DNA of 64,000 nucleotides. Origin: Candidatus Nanoarchaeia archaeon. GTDB lineage: Archaea; Nanobdellota; Nanobdellia; Woesearchaeales; GW2011-AR4. Below, piece after piece: positions 8,664 to 18,762 of this stretch. How positions within the stretch are numbered: position 1 is the stretch's first letter; the number at the start of each line of letters is the position of its first letter. The notes beneath the pieces are model-generated. The model made no database searches, had not been told where the DNA came from, and saw nothing but the letters and a program-made list of their open reading frames with translations. Position numbers and translations under genes: made by a program. Location: assembly GCA_035293285.1 (NCBI GenBank), contig DATDOM010000066.1, positions 20,249 to 84,248 of the forward strand. The letters run 5' to 3'.

Positions 8664-10406
8664 TTACCTTTTTGGTATTTCATACAAAAGATGCCTGATG
8701 TAACTTTTAAGAGCTGATTTATCTATATCGTTTATGTCTGAGGTTATGCTGTAGCAGCCCGGGAACCTGCCGCCGCTTCCTTTACCTTGCTTGAATGTTA
8801 AAATAACCCCATCCGATATTAATTTTCCAAACTCGCCGTCAAATCCATCCATATCCCGTTGTGTCACATTAGAATCATGGCTTGTGTGTTTCTTTATTCT
8901 GGGAAAATTTTTATAATTCATGACTATCCGCGGCCTTATTGAGTCCAGCTCAAAACCATGCCTCATCATTGCATCAAGCAGTCTAAAATTACCATAACCC
9001 TCATTGCTTAAAGGCCCAACCCATCGCACATTCTCGTCAGAATCATTTCCAACAATTTTTTCTTCAAGCATCTGGCTTAGCACATTCAACCCTTCTATTG
9101 AAGAAAATGCAGTCGGGTTTCTGTTAATTGAAAAAGAATCCGGAACTTCTGACTCAAATCTCGAAGTTATTGCACCGTAAGTTGAAAACAGAGAGCTGAA
9201 ATACCTGTCTATTCTCCTTTCATCCAAAAATAAAAGACTTGGATTCGCCTTCAAAATCGGCTTATAAATTTCCTGCCCTAAACTTTCTGCCCTGAGTATA
9301 AATGCATTTACCTGCCTTATTGGTACGGACCTTGCCAGCCTTCTTGCAAATTCATCGTCAAATCCCAAGGTGTAGGCAAAATCATAAGTTTCCCTGTGAT
9401 AAGGGCTCCTTGATTGAGGTTTAACTTGCAGTTGGTGCCTACCAGTCGAAGCTTGAGGCTTGGCATTTGCCGGCTTTTGAGGCTTGCTTGAACAGGCAAT
9501 TTCAATTTGCCTTCTGGATTCTTTTATACTGTCCATGCCTGAATTCCCGTTAAGATATTGGATGCAGCTTTCCCCGAAATTGTTTACCAGCTGTTCGTAT
9601 TTTTCCTCATCAAAATCTGATAAATTCTTCAGCAGTTGCATTTCACCTAAAACAACATTTAGCCTCTTAATCCCATTTTTTATGTCCCGCGGGACTTTTA
9701 CCATCGATAAGGCTCCCTTGCCTCTTTCAACAAGAGTCTGGTAGTAATGTGCCTTTACACGAAAAGAAGGTGCTATCATACCCATTAGCAAAAATTGTGA
9801 AGGGAGGAAGGCATAAGCTGAAGCACTTCTTCCATAATCAGGGTTTCCAGTCAGCAAATAATAAGAAAGAAATTCGAGGGATGGCAATACACTAAAACCA
9901 AAAGCCTTAAGGTTGTCTTTTGTGATGAGTGAGCCTTTATCGTTGAATGTATCTTTTATGTAATATGCAGCTGAGGTCAAAACTGGCAGGGCAATGGAAA
10001 AATCGTGCTTAAATAATGAATAACATCCAACTCCGGCATAAAGAACAACTCCAAAATTATCAACTATTTGGCGCACTCTAGAGGCTGCCAGTTCCATTCT
10101 CCTTTCAAGGCTTAGTCTTTTGATTTTTTCTTTGTCTTCTTCTAATATCCTGCCAAGCTCTTTTGCCGGGTCTATTGCCTGCTGCCGCAGTATATTTAGC
10201 TCTGCTGTATAAAGTTCAGTTGGGAATTCTGATATTGAAGTTTCAAAGTCCAGTCTGCCTTCTAAGCCGGATTTTAATTGCGCAATTCCCCCCCTTACAT
10301 TAGTTTTAGAATCAGCAGCGCTCTCAATCTTTAAACGAAGACTATAAACTTTATCCGCTAAATCCAATAAATTTCCCCTTACTCTAAGGCCTAATTGTTC
10401 CATCAA
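8664..10406 (-). CDS. hypothetical protein (580 aa), coiled-coil N-terminus with central hydrophobic segments
   Basis: Long ORF with typical local codon and amino-acid usage. No motif recognised. Confidence 0.55.
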   Translation of the reverse strand: MMEQLGLRVRGNLLDLADKVYSLRLKIESAADSKTNVRGGIAQLKSGLEGRLDFETSISEFPTELYTAELNILRQQAIDPAKELGRILEEDKEKIKRLSLERRMELAASRVRQIVDNFGVVLYAGVGCYSLFKHDFSIALPVLTSAAYYIKDTFNDKGSLITKDNLKAFGFSVLPSLEFLSYYLLTGNPDYGRSASAYAFLPSQFLLMGMIAPSFRVKAHYYQTLVERGKGALSMVKVPRDIKNGIKRLNVVLGEMQLLKNLSDFDEEKYEQLVNNFGESCIQYLNGNSGMDSIKESRRQIEIACSSKPQKPANAKPQASTGRHQLQVKPQSRSPYHRETYDFAYTLGFDDEFARRLARSVPIRQVNAFILRAESLGQEIYKPILKANPSLLFLDERRIDRYFSSLFSTYGAITSRFESEVPDSFSINRNPTAFSSIEGLNVLSQMLEEKIVGNDSDENVRWVGPLSNEGYGNFRLLDAMMRHGFELDSIRPRIVMNYKNFPRIKKHTSHDSNVTQRDMDGFDGEFGKLISDGVILTFKQGKGSGGRFPGCYSITSDINDIDKSALKSYIRHLLYEIPKR

Positions 10407-10475
10407 TCGTGAAAAATGATTTAGTTATATAAATTTTACTACTAAGAAATGAATAAAAATTATTTTGCCAAGAAA

Positions 10476-10898
10476 TTAATTTATACCGACAACTTTAATC
10501 TTGAAAGTCAAATCTTTTCCTGCAAGCTGGTGGTTTAAGTCAATCTTTACGATTTCTTTCCCGATTTCTGAAACCAAAGCAGGCATTGACTGGCCTTCCG
10601 GGTCTTTTAGCATCAATTGTCCGCCGACTTGGATATTTTCAGGAAACTTGCTTCTTGGAACTTCCAAAACAAGCTCGTTGCTTTTTTCGCCGTAAGCGTC
10701 TTTTGCAGGAATCTTAACTGTCTTTTCCCCATTAATCTTCATCCCAAGAACTCCTTCGTCAAATCCTTTTATGACGTGGCCTTTTCCTACTGTGAATTCA
10801 AGAGGGTCTTTTCCTTCTGAAGAGTCAAATTTAGTTCCGTCATCCAAAGTTCCTGTGTAGTGGACTTTTACTTTGTCGCCTTTTTTCATTTTATTCAA
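10476..10898 (-). CDS. FKBP-type peptidyl-prolyl cis-trans isomerase
   Basis: 140 aa. KGDKVKVHYTGTLDDGTKFDSS...FTVGKGHVIKGFDEGVLGM is typical of the FKBP/SlyD family. Confidence 0.9.
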   Translation of the reverse strand: MNKMKKGDKVKVHYTGTLDDGTKFDSSEGKDPLEFTVGKGHVIKGFDEGVLGMKINGEKTVKIPAKDAYGEKSNELVLEVPRSKFPENIQVGGQLMLKDPEGQSMPALVSEIGKEIVKIDLNHQLAGKDLTFKIKVVGIN

Positions 10899-10931
10899 GC
10901 GAAGAAAAAAGTTCCTTTATATAAATTTATT

Positions 10932-11813
10932 TTATTTTTGATAAGTAACCATTGCACGCTTAAGCGGGATAAGGTCAATGCCTTGCTTTTGAGGAACTCT
11001 CATATGTGCAAGCATGTAATCCTCTCCGTTCCAAATCAGCGTCTGATCTGGGCCAAAGTAATGAGTAAAAGCATTTTGGACTTGGTGGGAATTGTCCAGG
11101 AATTCTGAAACTGCAGGGATATTTTGAAACTGATGGATTATGTAAGAGAATTTCATCATTGGGCTTGCTCTTGTGATTATTTCGTTTTCTCCAACAGTTC
11201 GCATTGATACTACATCAAAATTATTGCTTATAAATTTAGGGTCTTTTGTATTTAGAAGTTCCAAAAATGCCAAAGCTGAACTTCTTAGCAAAGGAAGGTG
11301 GTCTTCGGTTATAGAATTTTGGTGTCTAACCCAAGCCCTGTAGCATTCGTTGAATTTTTCCAGCGCCCTGTTTCCAAGGTAACTTGCAGCCATTTGGCTT
11401 GTGCCAATGCTTTTGGCAAGTTCAGGAATGCAGCCCTGCAAATGATTAATGACATCTCCCAAATCAGCAAATTTTAATACAGGCTGGTCCGTAAAATCAG
11501 AATCATCACTCAAAAGCACATTAAATCCACTTGCTATTGCATCGTAATGCCAAAAAAGGTAAGGATGATTTCTTTCAACTTCCCCTCTCCTGGTATTTCT
11601 TGCATATAATCTAGGGTCTGGAATATTCAGCATTTTATATCCCTCCCCCTCTACTAAAATCACTCTGGATCGTGTCAAAAAGTCATCAAAAGAGGTAAAT
11701 GGCGCTTTGTCAAACCTGCTTCTTGGAGAAACCTCCTGCATGCTGTCAATAACCCTTATCCTGGTTCCAATATCTTCAGTTAAATCACTTATTTCGTAAA
11801 TTGTTTGAACCAT
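10932..11813 (-). CDS. hypothetical protein (293 aa)
   Basis: ORF only. Confidence 0.5.
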   Translation of the reverse strand: MVQTIYEISDLTEDIGTRIRVIDSMQEVSPRSRFDKAPFTSFDDFLTRSRVILVEGEGYKMLNIPDPRLYARNTRRGEVERNHPYLFWHYDAIASGFNVLLSDDSDFTDQPVLKFADLGDVINHLQGCIPELAKSIGTSQMAASYLGNRALEKFNECYRAWVRHQNSITEDHLPLLRSSALAFLELLNTKDPKFISNNFDVVSMRTVGENEIITRASPMMKFSYIIHQFQNIPAVSEFLDNSHQVQNAFTHYFGPDQTLIWNGEDYMLAHMRVPQKQGIDLIPLKRAMVTYQK

Positions 11814-12000
11814 CTTTACTACTAAACAGAAGTCATTTTTAAATATATCTATTCTTTAATTGTGAAAATATCTATCTAGCAGCAGGAATTGTTTTGTTGT
11901 ATTGTTCATTCCTGTAAGAAATCCAAAATTAATGGTTGCCATTTGGTTTCCAGTGAGTTATTATATACAAGGCTCGCTTTCCACGCCTTGGTGAATTAAG

Positions 12001-13551
12001 ATGAAGTTTCAAAAATTATTAATTATTATCGCAGTTATGATGGCAATGGCAATCTCAGCCAGTGCTCTTGAGATAGTGTCGCCTTCTGAACAAACATACT
12101 TTACAGGATTAATTGATTTAAACATAACATCAAACCAGACTCTTGACAGTGTGTTATATTCTATTGACAGTGCTGCAAATATTACAGGGTGTCAGAACTG
12201 CAGCGCATTTAATGGCGTGCTAAACTTAAGCAATGGCAACCACACAATTGAAGCAAACGGCATTTTGGGAAACGAAACTTTTTTTGACAGCACCTCTTTT
12301 GCTGTTGAGGAAAGTGTTTCTAATGAGACAAACGAAACTCTGCCTGTAGTAAATTTTAGCATAGAGATAATTGAGCCAAAAAATCTTGTTTATAACTCAA
12401 CAGAAATCAATGTTTCAGTTTCATCAAACGAGACTGTTGATAATCTCAGTGTAAAGCTTGACTCTGGAAGCTACGAAGTTTTGTGCAGCAACTGCTCATC
12501 TTATTCAAAGACAATCAATGTCTCCACTGGCGGCCATACTTTAAGCGCAAAGGGAAGCAAAAGCTCAGTCGAAAAAGAGAAGAGCGTATCATTCAGCGTT
12601 GTGATTCCAAGCGAGCCTGTTGTGCTTTCGCTTCTTGTGAACAGCCCAGAGGCAAAGAACTACACAAGCAAAAATATTTTGCTTAATTTTTCAACAAACC
12701 TTGATTCAACAATAAGGTATTCGCTTGACGGAAATAATTACACTGCATGCGGCGCCTGCAAAGAGTTTTCATCGCAGGTTGAAGTTTCATTTGGAAGCCA
12801 TAATCTCTTGGTAAATGCAAGCACTGAAAACCAGACTGATTCAAAGACTATGGAATTTTCAGTTATCAATGTTTCCAACGGGGGAAACAATACTCCAAAA
12901 AACAACTCCAAAGGAAATTCAACATTCACAAAAGGATTTGAGAAACTGCCAAAGATGATAGAAGCTGGCGAGATAAGTGACGAAGAGCTTGCCCAAATAA
13001 TAAGAAACAACAAATTGAATCCTGGCGTCTTGAACAGGCTGATAAAAACAGGAAAACTTGGACCGGATTCAATTGATGCAATCCTTGATACCCAGTTCCT
13101 TCCACAAGGGATTTTAAGAAAGCTTCTTGCATTTTTTGGGATAAGCCAAAAAACCTATCCGGAGCTGATAATCGATTATTACGATGTTACCGAAAAGGCA
13201 GAGCAGAAGATTATCTCAAGAGAGGACCTTTCAGAAAAGTATGCTGATAAAATAGAGAAAAATCTTGAAAAGAAAATTGAAAATGAGATAAAGAGCGGTA
13301 GTGGAAATTCTGGCAACTCGGGAAAAGGAAACTCTGATGAAGGAAAAAAAGGTAATTCTGGAAAGAGTGAAGATAAGGAGATAGAGAAAGTTAAAAAGGA
13401 AGAAAAAGAAAACAAGGGACCAGGAAAAAAATCCTTTAACGCTGGAAAACAGAATGGGAATAGCGGAAAATCCGGAAATGAAGAAGGACCGGGTAATTCC
13501 GGCAAGGGCAATGAAAAATCTGGCAATTCCGGAAAAGGAAAAGGCAACTAG
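12001..13551 (+). CDS. secreted surface protein rich in N-glycosylation sequons, with a GNSGK-repeat tail
   Basis: 516 aa. Signal peptide (IIIAVMMAMAISASA). Very many N-x-S/T sequons in the first ~300 aa. C-terminal K/E-rich region with repeated GNSGK. Confidence 0.7.
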   Translation: MKFQKLLIIIAVMMAMAISASALEIVSPSEQTYFTGLIDLNITSNQTLDSVLYSIDSAANITGCQNCSAFNGVLNLSNGNHTIEANGILGNETFFDSTSFAVEESVSNETNETLPVVNFSIEIIEPKNLVYNSTEINVSVSSNETVDNLSVKLDSGSYEVLCSNCSSYSKTINVSTGGHTLSAKGSKSSVEKEKSVSFSVVIPSEPVVLSLLVNSPEAKNYTSKNILLNFSTNLDSTIRYSLDGNNYTACGACKEFSSQVEVSFGSHNLLVNASTENQTDSKTMEFSVINVSNGGNNTPKNNSKGNSTFTKGFEKLPKMIEAGEISDEELAQIIRNNKLNPGVLNRLIKTGKLGPDSIDAILDTQFLPQGILRKLLAFFGISQKTYPELIIDYYDVTEKAEQKIISREDLSEKYADKIEKNLEKKIENEIKSGSGNSGNSGKGNSDEGKKGNSGKSEDKEIEKVKKEEKENKGPGKKSFNAGKQNGNSGKSGNEEGPGNSGKGNEKSGNSGKGKGN

Positions 13552-13563
13552 GGCAAAAACTGA

Positions 13564-14418
13564 TTATTTTATTTTTTCCTTTAGGTAAAGAAGGTTTGTC
13601 TTGAAATGAGGCTTTCTTTCCAAGAGGCATTTTTCCTCAAGCCGCCTTACAATTTTGCTCATTTTTGATTTTGAGAATCCAAGCTTTGCCGCTATTTCTT
13701 TCTGCTTTTTGTTTCCTGCCCTTATTTCTTCTATTATTTTAAGCTCGTCAGATGAAAGCATCTCACCAATTTCCTTTCTGGCTTTTCTTTTGTAGAAACT
13801 AAAAAATACAAAAGCTATCACGACTATTGCTGCCAAAAAAGAAAATATTGCAATCAGGCTGAATTCTTCTTCTCCCTTGTAAAACACTGAAATGTCAGCA
13901 TAATCTGAGTTTTCAAATTTCCATTCAAGGGTTATCCTTTGGCCGTCAGTGCTTACCGAGGCAGGCTTTGGAATTGCACTCGGTTCTTTTTCTGAAAGCG
14001 CAAAATGAAGCGGAATGTTAAGCTTTACTTCCATGTCTGATTTTGAAGATGGATAAAAAGATGTCCTGAGGTTTCTCTCTCTGCCGTTTGATTCCACCAT
14101 ATCGTTATAGATAAGCGTGAAATTTATGCTGTTAGCACCCTTGACTATGTTCCTTTCAAAGTTTATTGTGTAATAATTGCCGTCCTGAGATATTGAATAG
14201 TCGCCATCATAAAGAATGCTTAATGGCCGGTTTACTGTCGTGAAAGAAAGGCTGTCATAAGTCTCGTTTGCAATAAAATTAAGTGATATTTTCTCCTCAA
14301 CTATGTCATTTTTTGAAACGCTTATGTCTATAATCAGTTTTTCTTCAGCGTAAACCCCTTGCGCCAAAAGTGCAGAAAGCAACGCAAAAACTGCAATCAG
14401 CGCTAAAAACGGTTTCAT
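13564..14418 (-). CDS. membrane-anchored protein with C-terminal winged-HTH
   Basis: 284 aa: signal peptide, extracellular domain, one TM (LIAIFSFLAAIVVIAFVFFSF), then ELKIIEEIRAGNKKQKEIAAKLGFSKSKMSKIVRRLEEKCLLERK. Confidence 0.65.
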   Translation of the reverse strand: MKPFLALIAVFALLSALLAQGVYAEEKLIIDISVSKNDIVEEKISLNFIANETYDSLSFTTVNRPLSILYDGDYSISQDGNYYTINFERNIVKGANSINFTLIYNDMVESNGRERNLRTSFYPSSKSDMEVKLNIPLHFALSEKEPSAIPKPASVSTDGQRITLEWKFENSDYADISVFYKGEEEFSLIAIFSFLAAIVVIAFVFFSFYKRKARKEIGEMLSSDELKIIEEIRAGNKKQKEIAAKLGFSKSKMSKIVRRLEEKCLLERKPHFKTNLLYLKEKIK

Positions 14419-14450
14419 AATACCGATATAATCAGTAGAGTATAAAAAGA

Positions 14451-15563
14451 TTAAGTCTTAAACTTAGTCTCGTCTTTTTCAAGTCCCAATCTTTTAAAAT
14501 ATTTTTCAGGAATTAATTTTGGGTCTTTGTAGATTGTCCAGCCGCAGGGCTTTTTTGGGTCAGGATTAAATTCAGTAACCCAAGCAGGATAGCCTAATAT
14601 TGAGATTGAAGTTATTTCGTTTCTTGCGCAGTGCGAGCAGTAAGGCGGGACTTCATTTTTTAAATTCCAGGTTTCTGGAGACGCTTCAGGAAATTTTGTT
14701 AATCCTTTTATGTTTCTTAACCTTAATGCCTGGCCTGTGCCGCATGGCTCAAAAATCAGCCTGTATTTTTCTTCATCTTCAACAATTTCAACTGAGCCTT
14801 TTCTGTCTTTTCCTGAAAAATGGCACCTTAAATGCTCTGCCATTACTGCGGAAAGCTCTTCAGGAGTAATGCTTTCGACAAGGGACCACATTCCTGCAAC
14901 AAAAGGGCAGCTTTCTAAAGAGTGCTGCATAACATCTGCTGCAATTTTCTGACTTGTTTTTTCCTCAATCCTGCTTATGTAAGTTGAAACAAATTCACCT
15001 GCAAGGTCGTGAAGCAATCTCATTTCTCCAAAGTAATTTGCAAAATACATTTTTGCATTGTCGAAATCCTTGTTTGCAATTGATTCAGTCAGATTTTTGT
15101 AGTGCTCAAAAGCATTTTGAAATAATACTGTTGCCTGATTTGATTCGTTTTTTTGCTGTTTTTCCCTGAAATCTTTAATTGATTCAGGATTAAGATTTTG
15201 AAGAGCAAGTTTCATCAATTCTATTGTTTCATTGTGTTTGTATTGCTCAATTGCGCCTTCAAGCCAAATCTCAAAGCTCTCTTTTGTTATTTTTGGCTCA
15301 AGCTCTTTGTATCCTTTGCTTGAAAGTGTTGAGGGCAGTGCAATTCCCCACTCAAAAAAAGTTGAGTTTGTAGCAGTATAAAGCGCGTGCATCAAGCCAA
15401 GATAAGACATTGCCTTTTCTTGGTCTTTTTTTTCCAGTGCCTGCTTGACTTTATCAAAATCAGAAACCTTAATTTGTTCAAAGTCCCCTTTTCTTATTGG
15501 CCTCCCGAACGCTTTTGAGAACTCTATCCTGTCAGGGCCGTAGAATAAATCTTGTGATTCCAT
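14451..15563 (-). CDS. hypothetical protein (370 aa) with a C-terminal Cys cluster
   Basis: C-terminal third contains RCHF, EPCGTG, YCSHCA and KPCGW. Family not recognised. Confidence 0.55.
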   Translation of the reverse strand: MESQDLFYGPDRIEFSKAFGRPIRKGDFEQIKVSDFDKVKQALEKKDQEKAMSYLGLMHALYTATNSTFFEWGIALPSTLSSKGYKELEPKITKESFEIWLEGAIEQYKHNETIELMKLALQNLNPESIKDFREKQQKNESNQATVLFQNAFEHYKNLTESIANKDFDNAKMYFANYFGEMRLLHDLAGEFVSTYISRIEEKTSQKIAADVMQHSLESCPFVAGMWSLVESITPEELSAVMAEHLRCHFSGKDRKGSVEIVEDEEKYRLIFEPCGTGQALRLRNIKGLTKFPEASPETWNLKNEVPPYCSHCARNEITSISILGYPAWVTEFNPDPKKPCGWTIYKDPKLIPEKYFKRLGLEKDETKFKT

Positions 15564-15578
15564 TTAATTCCTTTGATG

Positions 15579-15725
15579 TTAGGAGTTTTTAATTGTTTTG
15601 GGAACTCTCTTAAAAATCTCGAAATGAACAATATCTCCGACTTTTAGATTTTTTTCTTTCATATATTCTGGTGGAATGATAATGGCGTGACCTTTTCCGA
15701 ATTTTATTATTTTTGAGGTTGGCAT
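15579..15725 (-). CDS. AbrB/SpoVT-type small DNA-binding protein (48 aa, not in ORF track)
   Basis: Own translation: MPTSKIIKFGKGHAIIIPPEYMKEKNLKVGDIVHFEIFKRVPKTIKNS. Ends 15 nt before the start of the 370-aa gene. Confidence 0.5.
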   Translation of the reverse strand: MPTSKIIKFGKGHAIIIPPEYMKEKNLKVGDIVHFEIFKRVPKTIKNS

Positions 15726-15837
15726 AATGTTGTCAATAGTGCAGAAGTATTTTAAGGTTTTGGGAAAATTCTGAATATTTTGAAAAATAAAGAGAAAATG
15801 GTTCGGGATGTGGGTTTTGAGTTTTATATTAAAATAA

Positions 15838-16482
15838 CTATTTATGTATTGATATATACTTTATATCTTTAATGCTTATCACATGAATTAATTTTTTATC
15901 TTGAATTTTTAATTCAGATAATCTATAGATTTTTTGACGCCTTTTTGGTACTAAACCTGAGATTATTTTTCCATCTTGCAAAGTAAATGTAATCTTACTT
16001 CCATTTTGCATTGCTTTTAAAATTTCTTCATATCTTGCGTCTGAAAAGTAACTATAAAGTGGAAGACTTTGCCAAATTTTAACTAACCTCTCCTTAGAAA
16101 AATAGATATATTTTTTGCCTTTAGGTTTAAAATAAAATAAGAAAGATAAAAATGTAATCAAAACATGCAAAATCAAGATTATTAGAAAAATAGATATTGA
16201 TATAACTTCAGCTATTCCAACAGAAACTATTATTGAGAGAAATAGGTTTAATACATTTAAATTTTCTAAAAGTGAATTGTAATCTGAAAACTTAAAGAAC
16301 GTAAAAGTGATAGAACTCCAAATAACTGAAATTACTATCATGCTTAAAAAATTTATATTTTCCCACCTATATTTAAAAGCCTTAAAGAAAGTTATCATAA
16401 ATAATATGAAAGTATTAAAACCTATATAACCAGGTATAATAAATATTAAAATAAATAATGCGTCCTTTGTTAAAAACTCCAT
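15838..16482 (-). CDS. integral membrane protein (214 aa)
   Basis: Four hydrophobic spans followed by a soluble C-terminal tail. Confidence 0.5.
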   Translation of the reverse strand: MEFLTKDALFILIFIIPGYIGFNTFILFMITFFKAFKYRWENINFLSMIVISVIWSSITFTFFKFSDYNSLLENLNVLNLFLSIIVSVGIAEVISISIFLIILILHVLITFLSFLFYFKPKGKKYIYFSKERLVKIWQSLPLYSYFSDARYEEILKAMQNGSKITFTLQDGKIISGLVPKRRQKIYRLSELKIQDKKLIHVISIKDIKYISIHK

Positions 16483-16517
16483 TTTTCTATTTATTTCATT
16501 TATGTTTTTATAATTAT

Positions 16518-18005
16518 CTAAACTACAACTTCTTTCTTAACAACAACCTTACCAGTTATTGAACGCAACATATGCCCGAATATTTCCAAATCATAGAATT
16601 TCTTTAATTCCAAACGGCCTTTAACTCCAACAATTAATGGGTAAGTTCCAAATTGTCTGCAAAAAGTTGTGTTGCCATCATAAATTTCGGCGTAGCAGTT
16701 AGTTAAAACAGTTCCAGATGGAACAACTCTTTGGAGCATTGGCCAGTCTATTTTTTGCCTTATTTCGTTTCTCCATTTCCAGTACATTTTCTTGTTTTTC
16801 CTAAGGAATTTGTCTTTTCCTTCGTTAAACAATGGAGTGCCTTCAAAGATTGCGACTTGCCTTATGTTTATTCTTCTAAGCATCAAGCCTTCATCGTAAA
16901 CTCTTTTTAACCATTTCATGTTTTCTTCATGGGTTTTTTTAGACTCATTTCTAAGTCCAAATATAATATTAATTCCGGGCAAAAATCTTGGCATTCCGTC
17001 TTCCCCTCTTTCTGCACCATACTTATTCAAAACCTTGATTGCCTCGTAAGCAATGACTGGCACTGTATTCAGTGTGTTTGCCTTGACAACTTCCATGTCA
17101 AATGATTCCACTCCGAATGCAGCGATGTTTCCTGAAGTGCAGTATTTTACAACTGCTTTTGTGATTTCAAAGTCATTTTTCTTGTCCATCACAACCTTTA
17201 CAGGATTGACATTGTCAATGTGGAGGACTTTTATGTCAGGGCAATTCGCCCGTATATCTTTAAGCAGTTCAACAGCATAAGGCAAAGTGTAAAAGCAGGT
17301 TTGCTTGCCTAATCTAAAGAACCTTGCACCAAGATTATAAAACTCAATTACTTCATTCAAAACATCTTCTTTATCCCTAAATTCAACTTTATTCTTGATT
17401 GGTTCAGTGCAAAAAGAGCATTTTCCAATATCACAGCCGTGGCCTGTTTCTATCTCAATCATCCTTATGTCAGGAATTTGCTTAATGATTGAAGCACCCT
17501 TGATTGAAAGCTCCTTTACATTTTTGTAAGTGAAGTTGAACATTTCATACGAAATCTTGTCAAAGATGCTTGTGTCTGCTTTTTCATAGAACTTGCCGCC
17601 AAATAATTGAGTACCAAAGACAGCAGGTCCAGTCAAAATCTTCTTGCAGTTCAAATCCCTAATCATTGGAATTAGCTCATTCAAAGTGCCAGGCACTGCT
17701 GAAAGGTATTTTCCAGGAACATGGACTCCAAGAACTACAATAAGTGTATCAGTTTCATCAAGTATTTTTGAAACATTCTTGTAGTTTACAGTAAGGTTGT
17801 ATGTAGTGCTGCTGGTTTTTTCAGATTTCTTTGGTACTTTTAAAACTCCGTTATACTTCTTCCAAAGCCTTAGGTCATCTATAGTAATATAATAGGGAGT
17901 TTCATCAAGCGAGCCTGCTATGTATCTTGGATAAGTGCCTAAGTATGGTGGCACTCCAAGGCCTGCCGGCTCATCTGTATAACAATCAAGGATTGTGGTG
18001 ACCAT
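16518..18005 (-). CDS. radical SAM-family protein
   Basis: 495 aa. Cys triad in ETGHGCDIGKCSFCTEP with C-x4-C-x2-C spacing. Conserved N-terminus LDCYTDEPAGLGVPPYLGTYPRY. Confidence 0.65.
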   Translation of the reverse strand: MVTTILDCYTDEPAGLGVPPYLGTYPRYIAGSLDETPYYITIDDLRLWKKYNGVLKVPKKSEKTSSTTYNLTVNYKNVSKILDETDTLIVVLGVHVPGKYLSAVPGTLNELIPMIRDLNCKKILTGPAVFGTQLFGGKFYEKADTSIFDKISYEMFNFTYKNVKELSIKGASIIKQIPDIRMIEIETGHGCDIGKCSFCTEPIKNKVEFRDKEDVLNEVIEFYNLGARFFRLGKQTCFYTLPYAVELLKDIRANCPDIKVLHIDNVNPVKVVMDKKNDFEITKAVVKYCTSGNIAAFGVESFDMEVVKANTLNTVPVIAYEAIKVLNKYGAERGEDGMPRFLPGINIIFGLRNESKKTHEENMKWLKRVYDEGLMLRRINIRQVAIFEGTPLFNEGKDKFLRKNKKMYWKWRNEIRQKIDWPMLQRVVPSGTVLTNCYAEIYDGNTTFCRQFGTYPLIVGVKGRLELKKFYDLEIFGHMLRSITGKVVVKKEVVV

Positions 18006-18053
18006 ATTGGACAGAAAGAATAATTGATTAATAAAAGCTTTGAAGAGTAAACG

Positions 18054-18578
18054 TCAATTTATTAATTCCAGATAAGCAGTATAAGGGCCTTTGCCTAATC
18101 TTTGGTCATAGTCAAATATGGTGGCACTGTTAAAATCATCCAGCTTCAATATTGTAGGATGACCGGCAGAATTGACCAGTACCAGGCTAGCGATGTTTTC
18201 CAAGGGAAGGTAAGCTTCAGCATCGTTTGAGTGAAAGTCTGCAATCCGCACTGCAAGATTAAGATCTAAATTCCCTGCGGCTTGCCTGCCTAATATCGCG
18301 GTTATTCTGAGCTTGTCATCCAAAGTGCCTATTTCCTCGCCGCCTAGTCGCTCTGGGCCCTCAACAGTAAAATGCCCATAAGCTGCAGGACATCGAAATG
18401 AAATGAAATTTGGAAAATACGATGCATAATCATTACTTTCTTTTGAACCTAAGGCATTTAGAAAGTATTGAAAATCAATAGGCACTCTGTGGCTTAGGTA
18501 TGGGGCAAGAAGTTCAGATGTGTCTGGTTTTAATTGCGGAGAGGGTTTACTAGCGGCAACTGCATAGCTAGAACTCAT
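18054..18578 (-). CDS. hypothetical protein (174 aa)
   Basis: ORF only. VPIDFQYFLNALGS weakly recalls SMI1/KNR4-type proteins, but this is not reliable. Confidence 0.45.
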   Translation of the reverse strand: MSSSYAVAASKPSPQLKPDTSELLAPYLSHRVPIDFQYFLNALGSKESNDYASYFPNFISFRCPAAYGHFTVEGPERLGGEEIGTLDDKLRITAILGRQAAGNLDLNLAVRIADFHSNDAEAYLPLENIASLVLVNSAGHPTILKLDDFNSATIFDYDQRLGKGPYTAYLELIN

Positions 18579-18762
18579 TTAAGGACCTCCACTATGAAAT
18601 AATGGAAAATATCCATGCCATTAAACTTGAGCTAATATATTTTAAACTTTTCCTAAATAGTATACTTTTTAATATATATTTTTAATCATATATTTTAACC
18701 AAATTTCGCCACAAAGCTTAAATACCTCTCTTTTCAGGGTATAGGAAGTATATACTTAGATC

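Noticed and set aside
13179-13547. Antisense or shadow ORFs inside well-supported genes, for example 13179-13547, 5410-5757, 26330-26725, 43889-44251, 44679-45041, 45450-45875, 46521-46790, 47238-47549, 58939-59367 and 63395-63712.
   Set aside because: They lie opposite genes with clear family motifs. They translate to low-complexity F/S/L-rich sequences, typical of the reverse strand of K/E/N-rich AT-rich genes.
18054-18578. SMI1/KNR4 (SUKH) immunity-protein assignment for the 174-aa ORF, hinting at a polymorphic toxin locus.
   Set aside because: It rests on one weak motif (VPIDFQYFLNALGS). No toxin-like neighbour is present, so it is left as hypothetical.
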